DNA of 64,000 nucleotides, taken from the sequence record PZ583739.1; one strand, given 5' to 3'. Below are positions 32,414-41,668 of this stretch, piece by piece (the stretch's first letter is position 1; the number at the start of each line of letters is the position of its first letter). The notes under the pieces were generated by a model. It did not search any database and was not told where the DNA came from. It saw only the letters and a program-made list of their open reading frames with translations. The translations under genes and the position numbers were made by a program. Source of the DNA: a phage.

Positions 32414-33196
32414 ATGGCAGTAGTAGGACCGTGGGTAGGGTGGTCTGCGAGGGTACAAACTGGGGACCCTTGGATGGGCGGCGCTGCCCAACGATTGAGA
32501 ATGGGTATTCCGTTTTGGATGAGTAATATGGTAGGTCGGTCTGTTGAAATAATTCACACACTTGGAGCCGACCATAACTTTAACGGGCAATGGTTTAGAG
32601 ACCGTTGTTTTGAAGCCGGTGCTGCCCCTATTGTGTTTAATATCACAGGTGATTTAGTATCTTATACTAAAGATGTTCCGTTGTTCTTTATGTATGGCGA
32701 TACCCCTAATGAATACGTTACTTTGAATATTCACGGCGGGGTCCATATGTGGGGCCGTGGTGGTAACGGTGGGACCCGTGTTTGGGTAGCGGGTACAAAT
32801 GGTGGTGATGTAATTCAAAACGACATTGGTGGCAGACTCCGTATCTGGAACTATGGCGTTATAGCTTCAGGGGGCGGCGGCGGTGCCGGATGTGCTTCAA
32901 ATAACTCTTGGCTTGTGGCGGGTACAGCTGGTGGCGGTGGCGGTAGACCATATGGATTAGGTGGTACTAATGGCGCCGTAAACCCAGGCGGCAACGCTAG
33001 TTATACCGGACCAGGTGGCGGTGGTAGCTTTGGTGGACAGTGGGGTGGTGGTAATGGCGGCGACGCGGGTGGGGCTGGTGGCGGCGCTTACGGACGAAGC
33101 GTTACATACGGCTCACAAGGCGGAGCTGGACGAGCTGTATTCGGAAGTTCTCCTTCATGGGGCGCTACAGGCACTATCTACGGCTCCTGGCTATAG
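32414..33196 (+). CDS. 38: T2-type receptor-binding adhesin gp38 (glycine-rich motifs)
   Basis: ATG 32414 after SD GGAGG (track start 32402 is TTG); [11 protein letters not shown]...; C-terminal half has poly-Gly motifs separated by variable segments. Confidence 0.85.
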   Translation: MAVVGPWVGWSARVQTGDPWMGGAAQRLRMGIPFWMSNMVGRSVEIIHTLGADHNFNGQWFRDRCFEAGAAPIVFNITGDLVSYTKDVPLFFMYGDTPNEYVTLNIHGGVHMWGRGGNGGTRVWVAGTNGGDVIQNDIGGRLRIWNYGVIASGGGGGAGCASNNSWLVAGTAGGGGGRPYGLGGTNGAVNPGGNASYTGPGGGGSFGGQWGGGNGGDAGGAGGGAYGRSVTYGSQGGAGRAVFGSSPSWGATGTIYGSWL

Positions 33197-33207
33197 TACA
33201 TAAGCGC

Positions 33208-33215
33208 TATAAATA
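33208..33215 (+). promoter_or_regulatory. late promoter (TATAAATA) for holin gene t
   Basis: exact TATAAATA about 20 nt upstream of the t ATG. Confidence 0.55.
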
Positions 33216-33233
33216 TCTTTAAAGGAGAAAAGT

Positions 33234-33887
33234 ATGGAACCAAAAGTAGGAATATCAATACCCGACCTACTTTTTGGACTTCTTGATAGAATTTTTAAAG
33301 ATAATGCGACCGGGAAAGTTGTTTTTTCCCGGGTACTAGTTATTGTTCTATTATTTTTAATGGCGGTAATCTGGTATAAAGGTGATGCACTTTTAGATGC
33401 GTACAGGGATGCTTCATATGCCTCATACACAGAAATGATAAGGCAAGACCAGGACAACAGATTTAAAATTGCAGCTATCGAGCAAATCCAGATAGTCCAC
33501 TCGTCAAGTGGGGCAGACTTTACAGCAATATATTCTTTTAGACCAACTAACCTTAACTACTTTGTGGATATGGTGGGATACGAGGGGATATTGCCTGATA
33601 CAGTCGACGAAAAAAATTTAGGTGGGTTTCCAATAGATAAAACTTCGGCGGAATATTTGGCGGGGGTTAATGGTAATTATTTTGAATCCAGTACGGAATC
33701 TGTATTCTTACCAACAAAGAAAAAAAGCAGCTTCTCATATATGTTCAGCTGCCCATTCTTTAATTTGGAAAACGTTTATGCAGGTACAGTCTCACTGTAC
33801 TGGTATAAGCAAAAACCTAACCTTGGTTTTGATAGGCTTTCTGCTATGTGTGGACAAGCAGGTCGTACGCTTGGGCGTACACGTTAG
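33234..33887 (+). CDS. t: holin
   Basis: 217 aa; ...DLLFGLLDRIFKDNATGKV..., ...LNYFVDMVGYEG..., C-terminal ...MCGQAGRTLGRT match T4 holin T as remembered. Confidence 0.9.
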   Translation: MEPKVGISIPDLLFGLLDRIFKDNATGKVVFSRVLVIVLLFLMAVIWYKGDALLDAYRDASYASYTEMIRQDQDNRFKIAAIEQIQIVHSSSGADFTAIYSFRPTNLNYFVDMVGYEGILPDTVDEKNLGGFPIDKTSAEYLAGVNGNYFESSTESVFLPTKKKSSFSYMFSCPFFNLENVYAGTVSLYWYKQKPNLGFDRLSAMCGQAGRTLGRTR

Positions 33888-34159
33888 AATCCGGAGGTAT
33901 ACATCATAAGATAACGGTGTATATCTTCGAATCCTTCGTTAAATTGTTCAATGATTTGTTCAATTTCATCTTCAGATAAACTTTTAAACAACTTGTTAAA
34001 CGATACATTGTTTAACTCATTCCCATTCTCATTTCTCAATCCCAACTCATTCAAAAACGCGATAAACACATCACGCTTCATCGTAATATCTTCCCGGTCG
34101 GTTTTAATCAAAATTGAAGTTATAGTAACAATTTCAGAAACGATTTCAAATTTAGTCAT
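33884..34159 (-). CDS. asiA: anti-sigma70 factor AsiA
   Basis: 91 aa; ...ITSILIK..., ...FIAFLNE..., ...DEFNEGFEDIHRYLMMYT match T4 AsiA as remembered. Confidence 0.8.
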   Translation of the reverse strand: MTKFEIVSEIVTITSILIKTDREDITMKRDVFIAFLNELGLRNENGNELNNVSFNKLFKSLSEDEIEQIIEQFNEGFEDIHRYLMMYTSGF

Positions 34160-34217
34160 TTTAATTTACTCAAGTATTCAATAAGACATTCAATTATTCA
34201 GTAAGGGTATTATACTA

Positions 34218-34382
34218 TTATTCCTCTGGGTTGTACACATGATTTTCCATGTGTACAACATATTCCTGATACATCTGTTCAACTGGTTCCTGGAACTTAA
34301 AATCAGCTCCAAGGAATTCCTCAAAGCAAGCCAGCTCGCGTGTACGTTGACCGGTGATGGTGTTCTCTAAGTTATGACTCAT
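34218..34382 (-). CDS. small acidic protein (54 aa), not in ORF track
   Basis: ATG 34382, TAA 34218; MSHNLENTITGQRTRELACFEEFLGADFKFQEPVEQMYQEYVVHMENHVYNPEE; contains a perfect 12-bp inverted repeat. Confidence 0.25.
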   Translation of the reverse strand: MSHNLENTITGQRTRELACFEEFLGADFKFQEPVEQMYQEYVVHMENHVYNPEE

Positions 34383-34471
34383 AATGATTCCCTTTGTGCT
34401 TCTGCTTACGTTTGGACTGCATTTTGGTTTTCTTCTTGTCCTTATGGACAGACGCCTTATTGAAATCGTGC

Positions 34472-34753
34472 TTAGCTACCAGATTGTTCATGCAATTTCC
34501 TTAATTGATATTCAAGAGAACTAATAATTTCTTTATTGGTTGCTATATACATATCACGCAGGAAAGGCTTCAATCCTACCATGCTTTCATGAAATGTCTT
34601 AGAACTAATATCCTTTATATATTCATGGTCTAAGGCTATCCATGCAGGTTGGTTAACATAAGTTCCCCAGTTGTCTTCCATCATAGTGTTCAGACGTTTG
34701 ATATGATTGATATGGGTTTCGATTGCATCAATCTGGAGTTGTTTAAGGTTCAT
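34472..34753 (-). CDS. hypothetical protein
   Basis: 93-aa ORF. Confidence 0.45.
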   Translation of the reverse strand: MNLKQLQIDAIETHINHIKRLNTMMEDNWGTYVNQPAWIALDHEYIKDISSKTFHESMVGLKPFLRDMYIATNKEIISSLEYQLRKLHEQSGS

Positions 34754-35250
34754 TAGTAAAGGTCCTCTGAATAAAGTTCTTTTTCGCTACCGCCACGTTC
34801 AATACGCACCTGATTTGCATAAGTCGCAATAATCATTGCTTCTTCGCGGGTCCAGTAATTGCTGTATTGGTCAATGAATCCTTGGTCGTCACCACAAACA
34901 TGGTCCGACACAAGTTTATCACTTACCTGGTCAAGCACTTCTGCCATATCCTTGGAATAATGTCTGGCACCAGGAATAACCAGAGTCCCACCATCTTTTA
35001 ACTTAAAGCGGTTGGCTGCACATACAATCCGTCGCTGATATTTTTCATTATTGTTCCAATGAGCAATCTGCCAACAGATTTCAGGAACTTCTTCTAAAAC
35101 ATCCTCTTCCGTATATTCGGTGTAGTCACCATAGGCCTGTAATTTAGCTGCTAGACTTTCTGGAGTTTCACGAGAAAGAGCTTTATCTAATAAAGCCATA
35201 CGGTCTTTAAAGGATAATTCTTTACCTTTTAATGGATTCATTTGAACCAA
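34753..35250 (-). CDS. hypothetical protein
   Basis: 165-aa ORF. Confidence 0.5.
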   Translation of the reverse strand: MVQMNPLKGKELSFKDRMALLDKALSRETPESLAAKLQAYGDYTEYTEEDVLEEVPEICWQIAHWNNNEKYQRRIVCAANRFKLKDGGTLVIPGARHYSKDMAEVLDQVSDKLVSDHVCGDDQGFIDQYSNYWTREEAMIIATYANQVRIERGGSEKELYSEDLY

Positions 35251-35570
35251 CCTTTAACACGTTGCCACAGACTTTTCTGTTGAGCTTTATTAACACCAAT
35301 TGAGCGAATAACTGGTTGTGATTCCTGGTATTCTTTATAGTCAGCTTTATATACTTCATATGCTGCTGGAACAAAAGCACCAATCGCTGCCATGAAGTTC
35401 TTGCGGACGCCAAACGGTGCTGTCGCATCATCCTGACGATGAATAAGATACTGACCAGCTTTGACCTTGACAATAGTTCCAAGGTAAGCGCCATGATACC
35501 AAACATCCCAACCCTCTTGAGTAGGTTCCGCACAAGCACGCAATTCATTAACAATATTCAGCTTATTCAT
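35238..35570 (-). CDS. hypothetical protein
   Basis: 110-aa ORF; the overlapping alternative frame 35222-35554 looks non-coding. Confidence 0.5.
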   Translation of the reverse strand: MNKLNIVNELRACAEPTQEGWDVWYHGAYLGTIVKVKAGQYLIHRQDDATAPFGVRKNFMAAIGAFVPAAYEVYKADYKEYQESQPVIRSIGVNKAQQKSLWQRVKGWFK

Positions 35571-35577
35571 AATTTCC

Positions 35578-36186
35578 TCACTTTAAGATGTTAATAACAT
35601 GTTGAATGTTTTCAGTTGACATATGATTGTCAATGTAGGTATTCAATCCACCTACTTTAACGCTAAATCCCACGTCTGTAAACTGTTTTACTATCTTTTG
35701 TTCAGTATTATACGCATGCACACGAATCTGACCATCACGACGTACATCAATCTGTTTTAATGTCTTGATACGCTTGAACTTCACAATCAGATTGCTGCGG
35801 TCTTCTGAAATGCTCTTAAAGTCAATACCAATAGACAATAATTGCTCTTTGATATATTCTGCAGTCGCTTCCATTTCATCAGTCACACCGCGTTTTGTTC
35901 TTGTCTTCTTCACTTCCAGAAGGTCGGGATTATTTTCATTCGCCCACAATTCTGCTGCATCCAGAATAAGGTCAACACCTTTTTCTGTAACCATCAAACC
36001 ATCACCGGAAGCTTCAACATAGTTGTTATTCAACAATGTCTGTACACTATCAATTGATGTGTTCTGCTGGTCTAAAACAACTTCTGGACTCACAAAGTTG
36101 TTTTTGTATACAAACACCAGAGCATTAACATCAGTCTCATGTAGAGCGTTCTGGGAGCATTTAACGATATAATTTAACTTGTTCAC
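35578..36186 (-). CDS. motA: middle-transcription activator MotA
   Basis: 202 aa; MNKLNYIVKCSQNALHETDVNALVFVYKNNFVSPEVV...EASGDGLMVTEKG... resembles T4 MotA; position between asiA and 52. Confidence 0.75.
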   Translation of the reverse strand: MNKLNYIVKCSQNALHETDVNALVFVYKNNFVSPEVVLDQQNTSIDSVQTLLNNNYVEASGDGLMVTEKGVDLILDAAELWANENNPDLLEVKKTRTKRGVTDEMEATAEYIKEQLLSIGIDFKSISEDRSNLIVKFKRIKTLKQIDVRRDGQIRVHAYNTEQKIVKQFTDVGFSVKVGGLNTYIDNHMSTENIQHVINILK

Positions 36187-36188
36187 AA

Positions 36189-36416
36189 TTATCCCTTAAT
36201 AGATTTCATATAATTTGATGCATATGATTGTACCACAGTACGTTTCATATGGGAAGTAGAAACAATCACATCAATCGCTTGTTTACGTTCTTCTTTAGAG
36301 TTTGCCAGTTTGAACATGTCAAAGTAGTAATAACAAGCTTCTTTATTAGATTTGAATTTAGCGTTAATGTATTCTTGACCTTCATTCTGTTGTGCAGTAA
36401 ACATTTTATTCTCCAA
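36189..36416 (-). CDS. hypothetical protein
   Basis: 75-aa ORF with conserved CTGGAGAATAAAATG start context. Confidence 0.45.
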   Translation of the reverse strand: MENKMFTAQQNEGQEYINAKFKSNKEACYYYFDMFKLANSKEERKQAIDVIVSTSHMKRTVVQSYASNYMKSIKG

Positions 36417-36450
36417 AGTTTTTGTGATTCATTGTGTAACTCAGTATGGA

Positions 36451-36483
36451 ATCATTATGCAGCGGGTCAAGGGGATTGTACAC
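36451..36483 (-). promoter_or_regulatory. early promoter with conserved leader
   Basis: minus strand AAAAAAAGTAGTGTACAA ... CATAAT then leader GATTCCATACTGAGTTAC. Confidence 0.5.
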
Positions 36484-36493
36484 TACTTTTTTT

Positions 36494-36520
36494 AAAATAA
36501 AAAAGGACCCCGAAGGGTCC
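36494..36520 (-). terminator. rho-independent terminator downstream of gene 52
   Basis: GGACCC-cgaa-GGGTCC with A/T runs. Confidence 0.6.
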
Positions 36521-36614
36521 TAGTCTTTATCTATCTTATTACCAATAAACATACCAACAATCACACCTGCGATTGCCGCGAAAATACAAAGCAATGCAAA
36601 CTCAACTCCAAAAC

Positions 36615-37994
36615 TCATAGAGCCTCCAAATCATTAAGGTATTCAGTTTTAACATCAGTTGTCTTCCAGTACTCATGCTCAGCTTTCTTAGCCTTTGCTT
36701 CGTCTGCAAGCTTCTTGGCTTCATCAGAGGTCATATGGTAGATGTTCATCGCCACTAACTTCTCTGCATAATCGCCATATATTTCACTCGCCTGGAGTTC
36801 CTCAATCAACTTCTTACGAGGTTTCCCCTGGATAATAACCTTACCATCAATCACTTCTTTAATAAAGAAGACTTTCGCACGGGCCAGTTTAAATGCCGCT
36901 TCAGTTTCTTTAATCTTGCTGTCAATTCGCACTTGAACATAGGTCTTACGGACATCCACGAAATCGCGAATCAGGTCAAGCGTGTTGGTGTATTCAGCTA
37001 ATTTGCCTTTGTGATTAAGCACAGTTAAGTTCTGGGAGAGTTTCTCAATCAGACCAAAGTCTTTCATGATTTTCTCATGATTCTCTTCTTCAGTGCCATC
37101 CAACTTGTATTCTTTGCGGAATTTAATCTTAAACCCAAAACCATGTTCACCGCAGTTATCTTTCCAGGTGATAAAACCTTTCTCTTCCAGCGGGTCAAGT
37201 ATTTTACTTGTATATTTTTCCAGGTTCCATTGGACCGGGATTTCAGTAATTTCCATTTGAGTCCGGGAAGTCATTTTGTATGTGCCATGAAGCTCATACT
37301 TACCAGGCTCTTCCAGCTCAACAACTTCACCGCGGAATTCTGGATATTTTACTTTCGGAGCAACCGGCTCACGACCTTCCACGATAGCTTTAACAGCTTC
37401 CTTGACGTCCTGGAACGAATGAGGAAGTATATCAGTAGCGAAGCCAACAGCAATCCCAGAAGTGGCGTTAAGTAATACAGTAGGAATAACAGGAAGATAA
37501 AAAGCAGGAGGCTTATGTTCTTCATCAGGATGGACCGGAGCATATTCTGTATCCTTAAACAAGTTATAAAAGTTCTTTGAAACCCTTGCGAATACATAAC
37601 GAGCTGATGATGCTTCTGGCACCATTCTGGAACCAAAGTTGCCTTGTCCATCAAACATGGGGTATTCATTTTTATATGTTGCGACCAGACCAGAAGTTGC
37701 TTCTTCCGCTGATGCTTCGCCATGGTGATAACCATAATCAGCTACGCCACCTGCGATGGATGCAACCTTATGGAATTTATTCTTATCACCACGAGCCAGG
37801 TCTAATGCTCTCGCCATAACAAATCTGTGAACTGGTTTAAAACCATCAATCATGTTTGGGATGGCACGACCTTCCACAGTGTAGATAGCATATGACAATG
37901 CTTCCACATCAATAATGTCTTTTAGACTGCGTGGGTTAAGGGTCCCCACGGAATCACTGAACTGTTTGGACATCATACTTAAAACGTCAGACAT
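36615..37994 (-). CDS. 52: DNA topoisomerase II medium subunit gp52 (GyrA-like)
   Basis: 459 aa; ...AIPNMIDGFKPVHRFVMARAL... motif typical of type II topoisomerase A subunits; position as T4 gene 52. Confidence 0.9.
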   Translation of the reverse strand: MSDVLSMMSKQFSDSVGTLNPRSLKDIIDVEALSYAIYTVEGRAIPNMIDGFKPVHRFVMARALDLARGDKNKFHKVASIAGGVADYGYHHGEASAEEATSGLVATYKNEYPMFDGQGNFGSRMVPEASSARYVFARVSKNFYNLFKDTEYAPVHPDEEHKPPAFYLPVIPTVLLNATSGIAVGFATDILPHSFQDVKEAVKAIVEGREPVAPKVKYPEFRGEVVELEEPGKYELHGTYKMTSRTQMEITEIPVQWNLEKYTSKILDPLEEKGFITWKDNCGEHGFGFKIKFRKEYKLDGTEEENHEKIMKDFGLIEKLSQNLTVLNHKGKLAEYTNTLDLIRDFVDVRKTYVQVRIDSKIKETEAAFKLARAKVFFIKEVIDGKVIIQGKPRKKLIEELQASEIYGDYAEKLVAMNIYHMTSDEAKKLADEAKAKKAEHEYWKTTDVKTEYLNDLEAL

Positions 37995-38002
37995 ATATCA
38001 CC

Positions 38003-38143
38003 TTACCAGATTAACGAATGTACTGCCATTATAGCATCAGAAATAAAAAGCACAACCTGCACTAATGCAAATACAACTCCATAATACAGCGCTACCAATA
38101 AGGCAGCAAGGGCTAACGAGTAGCCCAGGATTTTCTTAATCAT
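38003..38143 (-). CDS. small membrane protein (46 aa), not in ORF track
   Basis: ATG 38143 in ATGA overlap with upstream gene; [34 protein letters not shown]... Confidence 0.3.
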   Translation of the reverse strand: MIKKILGYSLALAALLVALYYGVVFALVQVVLFISDAIMAVHSLIW

Positions 38144-38325
38144 TTATTAATAGCCGATTCAAGAAATTTAACTAAGGCATCCAGTACAAACCATGTGCAA
38201 ATAAATCCTGCAAAAAGAGTACTTGGGACCCATACACCTGTAGCAAAAAGAGTCACAGCAACGATAACAGCTACGAGCCAGATAAAAGTAAAAACTGATT
38301 GCATGTTTTCCTCAGGGGCGTCCAA
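38140..38325 (-). CDS. small membrane protein
   Basis: 61 aa with two hydrophobic segments. Confidence 0.4.
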   Translation of the reverse strand: MDAPEENMQSVFTFIWLVAVIVAVTLFATGVWVPSTLFAGFICTWFVLDALVKFLESAINK

Positions 38326-38393
38326 AGACGCCAGTTAATTTCAGATTATGACGATGCCATTGCATCACGTGCTCATTATGGAAATTACTCATA

Positions 38394-38843
38394 TTAATAG
38401 CTCTGCAGAATGAATTTAAAGTTATCAGCAAGCATGCGATTCATTTCTGAAAGGGTCTGACAATCAGAATTATGTGAGCGAGTGAACGCCATCGCAATTT
38501 GACCTTTACCGTAACCAGTTGTCAGAGGTTTCATTTTAGAAACTGGGACAAACAGGACTTCATAGATAACCCCATTGTTCGCCATTGTGCGAGACAGTTG
38601 AGAACGCTGTTTGCGGATGTGACTTAATACAGTGTCAAACCCTTGTTGTGAACGTTGGTTACCAACATAAAAACGTGCGGCAACAATACGTGATTCACCT
38701 TCACCTTTAACCACGAAATAAAAACCTGGTTGAGTGATAGCTTCTTTAGTTGGACGCCCTGCAACATAATTGCCATTATGGATGTAAGCAACAGTGGTAG
38801 CGCCAGCATTCAGTACGTCACGACGGGTCATGTAAGTAGTCAT
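38394..38843 (-). CDS. ndd: nucleoid disruption protein Ndd
   Basis: 149 aa; ...[26 protein letters not shown]..., ...[23 protein letters not shown]..., C-terminal [15 protein letters not shown] match T4 Ndd as remembered. Confidence 0.85.
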   Translation of the reverse strand: MTTYMTRRDVLNAGATTVAYIHNGNYVAGRPTKEAITQPGFYFVVKGEGESRIVAARFYVGNQRSQQGFDTVLSHIRKQRSQLSRTMANNGVIYEVLFVPVSKMKPLTTGYGKGQIAMAFTRSHNSDCQTLSEMNRMLADNFKFILQSY

Positions 38844-38881
38844 ATTAATTTCCTCAGTAAGTTAAAGTTTTGTGCTCCAGT

Positions 38882-38917
38882 GGGGTCATTATACTCTGAC
38901 CCCATGAGTTTGTACAC
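38882..38917 (-). promoter_or_regulatory. early promoter with stem-loop (PeSL-like)
   Basis: minus strand GTGTACAA -17nt- TATAAT; inverted repeat GGGGTCA (38882-38888) / TGACCCC (38897-38903) around the -10. Confidence 0.5.
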
Positions 38918-39261
38918 TATTTTTGAAGTTGTTCTAAAATAAATCCGCTGGTGTAAAGGCTTGCATTATACAGGCGGTCAAGAGATAACGAATCCAATCC
39001 ATAAGCTTCACGAATTGCATTGATAACACTTTCATAACTTGTATAATAAACATCGCGATAATCGCGGTCCATAGTCATGCGGAACTTAATAAATTTGTAG
39101 AAACCAGTTTCAGGGTCCTGATAGAATGCAAATTCTGCAGACATCAAATTTTTAAGGTTAACAGCCTTTGTACCACCTGAATAACTTAAATCAAATGCTT
39201 CTGATACGCTAATCTGTTTAAAGAACATAATGTTGCGATTACCAAAAAATACTTTAGACAT
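38917..39261 (-). CDS. hypothetical protein
   Basis: start reset to ATG 39261 with SD AAGGAAAATATT; the upstream gene stop lies within this SD. Confidence 0.45.
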   Translation of the reverse strand: MSKVFFGNRNIMFFKQISVSEAFDLSYSGGTKAVNLKNLMSAEFAFYQDPETGFYKFIKFRMTMDRDYRDVYYTSYESVINAIREAYGLDSLSLDRLYNASLYTSGFILEQLQK

Positions 39262-39271
39262 AATATTTTCC

Positions 39272-39484
39272 TTATTCAGCGTCAACAGAAATAGCCATCA
39301 GTTCATCAACGGTAAGGCACTGTACACTAGGGCCTACACAAAAACGCTTAGTTGAATCATAAAGGTCCGTAGCATTAACAGGTTGTAATTCGGTCCCAAC
39401 TTGCAAAGGAGAAATGCGAATCAGTTGTTGGCCATTATGTAATACAAAGCTCTCGCCGACTACCACATCTTTAAAAAGTTTCAT
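39272..39484 (-). CDS. hypothetical protein
   Basis: 70-aa ORF with SD GAGGAAAACATT. Confidence 0.4.
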   Translation of the reverse strand: MKLFKDVVVGESFVLHNGQQLIRISPLQVGTELQPVNATDLYDSTKRFCVGPSVQCLTVDELMAISVDAE

Positions 39485-39501
39485 AATGTTTTCCTCAGAA
39501 G

Positions 39502-39648
39502 TTAAAGAATTTCTTCAATTTGGATGTATTTGCTATAACCTTCCTCAATGAGGATATCACGAGCACAATCAGCACTGATATAAGCATTAAAGCTAAGGGT
39601 TGCAATCACTTTACCGTGCAGCTTTACTTTATAAATTCGATTACCCAT
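39502..39648 (-). CDS. hypothetical small protein
   Basis: start reset to ATG 39648 with SD GAGGAAAATATT; 48 aa. Confidence 0.35.
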   Translation of the reverse strand: MGNRIYKVKLHGKVIATLSFNAYISADCARDILIEEGYSKYIQIEEIL

Positions 39649-39793
39649 AATATTTTCCTCAGAAGTTAAAGAATACACGTACATGGTCAATCATAAAAAC
39701 GATTGGGAAAATGCTCAATACCATTAACAACACAAACATGTTCCAAATGACTTTAAGTAACTTTTTCATAATCATCTCCAGCAGTTGATAGGT

Positions 39794-39824
39794 TCATTAT
39801 ACTACAACCACCGGAGATGTACAA
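39794..39824 (-). promoter_or_regulatory. early promoter
   Basis: minus strand TGTACA (39818-39824 rc) ... TATAAT (39796-39801 rc) followed by leader ...TCAACTGCTGGAG. Confidence 0.4.
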
Positions 39825-39983
39825 CTCTTTTATGCAAGTTTCATTAATAATAAACTAAAACAAACGCAAATTACTGGGATACACAACATCCAGATAAGAC
39901 ACCAGGTTTTGCTGCTCAAAATATCACCTCTTTTATTTCAATCAGACCCCTGTGCAATGCGGTGCGAAGGTCATAAAGAATAT

Positions 39984-40181
39984 CTATGCCATCAACATTA
40001 TCCAGTTTTCCATCAATAAGCTTTTTAAATCACGCTTTGATGCAACTAGCGGGCGAAGAAATTTACATTCAGAAAGAGACAATTCTGTAGTAATATCATC
40101 ACCATCACCTGACGCATCATACATGGCAGCAACAACCATACCTGTAACTTTGTGCTTGGCGTAATATAATTTGATATCCAT
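39984..40181 (-). CDS. hypothetical protein
   Basis: start reset to ATG 40181 (MDIKLYYAKHK...) after SD GAGGAAAACAAA. Confidence 0.35.
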   Translation of the reverse strand: MDIKLYYAKHKVTGMVVAAMYDASGDGDDITTELSLSECKFLRPLVASKRDLKSLLMENWIMLMA

Positions 40182-40191
40182 TTTGTTTTCC

Positions 40192-40347
40192 TCATGCATA
40201 ACGATTGTATGTATTTTTGCGACACGCGTAAAATTGACGCTCAGTAACTGCAAAACTTTTTCCGCGCTGTTGCATTAATTTAAAAAATTCAGTAATATCG
40301 CCATTAACTTCAAGGTATAAAGTCATTGCATATTGAGCAGGTTTCAT
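40192..40347 (-). CDS. small protein (51 aa), not in ORF track
   Basis: ATG 40347 after conserved CTGGAGAATAAA context; MKPAQYAMTLYLEVNGDITEFFKLMQQRGKSF... Confidence 0.3.
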   Translation of the reverse strand: MKPAQYAMTLYLEVNGDITEFFKLMQQRGKSFAVTERQFYACRKNTYNRYA

Positions 40348-40383
40348 TTTATTCTCCAGTCTGTTTGGTAACTCAGTATGGAA

Positions 40384-40416
40384 TCATTATACAATAGACT
40401 CCATACTGATGTACAC
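40384..40416 (-). promoter_or_regulatory. early promoter with conserved leader
   Basis: minus strand AAAAAGTAGTGTACA -18nt- TATAAT then leader GATTCCATACTGAGTTAC. Confidence 0.5.
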
Positions 40417-40426
40417 TACTTTTTAA

Positions 40427-40702
40427 TTAATTGTGCATTTGTTCTTTAACTTCTTTATATGCGCCAACTGCATTCACGACCCCAGTAAAATCTGCAGTCC
40501 CACGATATAGATAGAAAGCAATTTCAGTCAGGTGGTATACTTCAAATTCTGAAAGATAAATGATAACGTCATAATATGCAACTTGACCCTGGACTTCGTT
40601 GAATGCCACATCAAAAATTTCATGGGTTGGAAAATTGATGTTGTTGTTTTTGAGTGCTTGGATAAGGATTTGTTTGATGTTGTGAGTAGTAACGTGTTCC
40701 AT
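40427..40702 (-). CDS. hypothetical protein
   Basis: start reset to ATG 40702 (MEHVTTHNIKQ...) with SD GAGGA. Confidence 0.4.
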   Translation of the reverse strand: MEHVTTHNIKQILIQALKNNNINFPTHEIFDVAFNEVQGQVAYYDVIIYLSEFEVYHLTEIAFYLYRGTADFTGVVNAVGAYKEVKEQMHN

Positions 40703-40749
40703 GATAATGTCCTCATTTGTTGGTATGAGGACATTATTACACAGTTGGT

Positions 40750-41343
40750 TCAGCTTGTAAACCGGTGATAGGGAAATTTTTCTTCTGAACAAGAACGGAG
40801 GTACCAACCATCCCCTTGTGACTTCTGCACAAGACCAGACTCAGGAACGAAAGCACCAGGTCCAGCAAGGAATTTTGGTTTAAATCTATAACCTTTGAGA
40901 GTCTCTTTTACATTAAACATAATCATAAGGTCAGCAAGCTTGTGTTGCATAAAAGGACCAAGATTGACCCCGTAACCATGCGGATAATCACCCTGGTGAC
41001 CAGTATGCACGGATATCCATTTGGAACCAGACTGATGAGTCTTGACTTCGATTCTTACCCCTTCCTTCGAAACTACATCAAATGCAAAGGAATAAGGATT
41101 ATCGTAATCTTCATCACCGCCACATAAAAAACCGGAGGTCCATTTAGCAATAGCTTGTTCAGCCATTGTGGCCACCATACATCTTTGCATGACTTGCTCA
41201 CGGTCCTGACCTGGGTCTTTACGCAATGAATACCTAGCCGTGTCTACAATCTTTTGCAGGGATTCAGGGGTTAAGTCTTCCTTTGTATAAAGAAAGGAGG
41301 GCATCTTTTTCAGATGCTCCCATGTTTTACTCTTCTGAATCAT
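40750..41343 (-). CDS. hypothetical protein at the T4 denB position
   Basis: 197 aa from ATG 41343 (SD AAGGATGAG); between ndd and rIIB where T4 encodes endonuclease IV; identity not verified. Confidence 0.4.
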   Translation of the reverse strand: MIQKSKTWEHLKKMPSFLYTKEDLTPESLQKIVDTARYSLRKDPGQDREQVMQRCMVATMAEQAIAKWTSGFLCGGDEDYDNPYSFAFDVVSKEGVRIEVKTHQSGSKWISVHTGHQGDYPHGYGVNLGPFMQHKLADLMIMFNVKETLKGYRFKPKFLAGPGAFVPESGLVQKSQGDGWYLRSCSEEKFPYHRFTS

Positions 41344-41347
41344 CAGC

Positions 41348-41668
41348 TCATCCTTTAAAATACATATCGGATTTTTCGACAATATCCAAAGAATTTTGCT
41401 CAGCTTGCTCTTGATAATCACTGCCAATATAAACTTTGTCTACATGAACGACGCCATAATAAATTCTGGCACTTTCGGCTAGAGTGGAATGGTCCAGACT
41501 ACGAAGTTCTTCTTTCGTTGCAAGAATGATGTCTCTCGCATATAACCGGCCAGTTGACTTTGTAGAAGCATAATGGCAATCAACACAATAAACAATATCC
41601 GCAACATGATTACCATGCAACCGAATTTCGTTAATAGATTCATCACCAACGTTCATATAGTTAATCAT
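41348..41668 (-). CDS. hypothetical protein
   Basis: 106-aa ORF. Confidence 0.45.
   Translation of the reverse strand: MINYMNVGDESINEIRLHGNHVADIVYCVDCHYASTKSTGRLYARDIILATKEELRSLDHSTLAESARIYYGVVHVDKVYIGSDYQEQAEQNSLDIVEKSDMYFKG

Noticed and set aside
32860-33070. GGCGGTGG-rich DNA repeats
   Set aside because: These encode the poly-glycine motifs of gp38; not a CRISPR array or non-coding tandem repeat.
35222-35554. 110-aa ORF in an alternative minus-strand frame
   Set aside because: Overlaps 35238-35570 almost completely; its product ([19 protein letters not shown]...) looks non-protein-like, so the other frame was kept.
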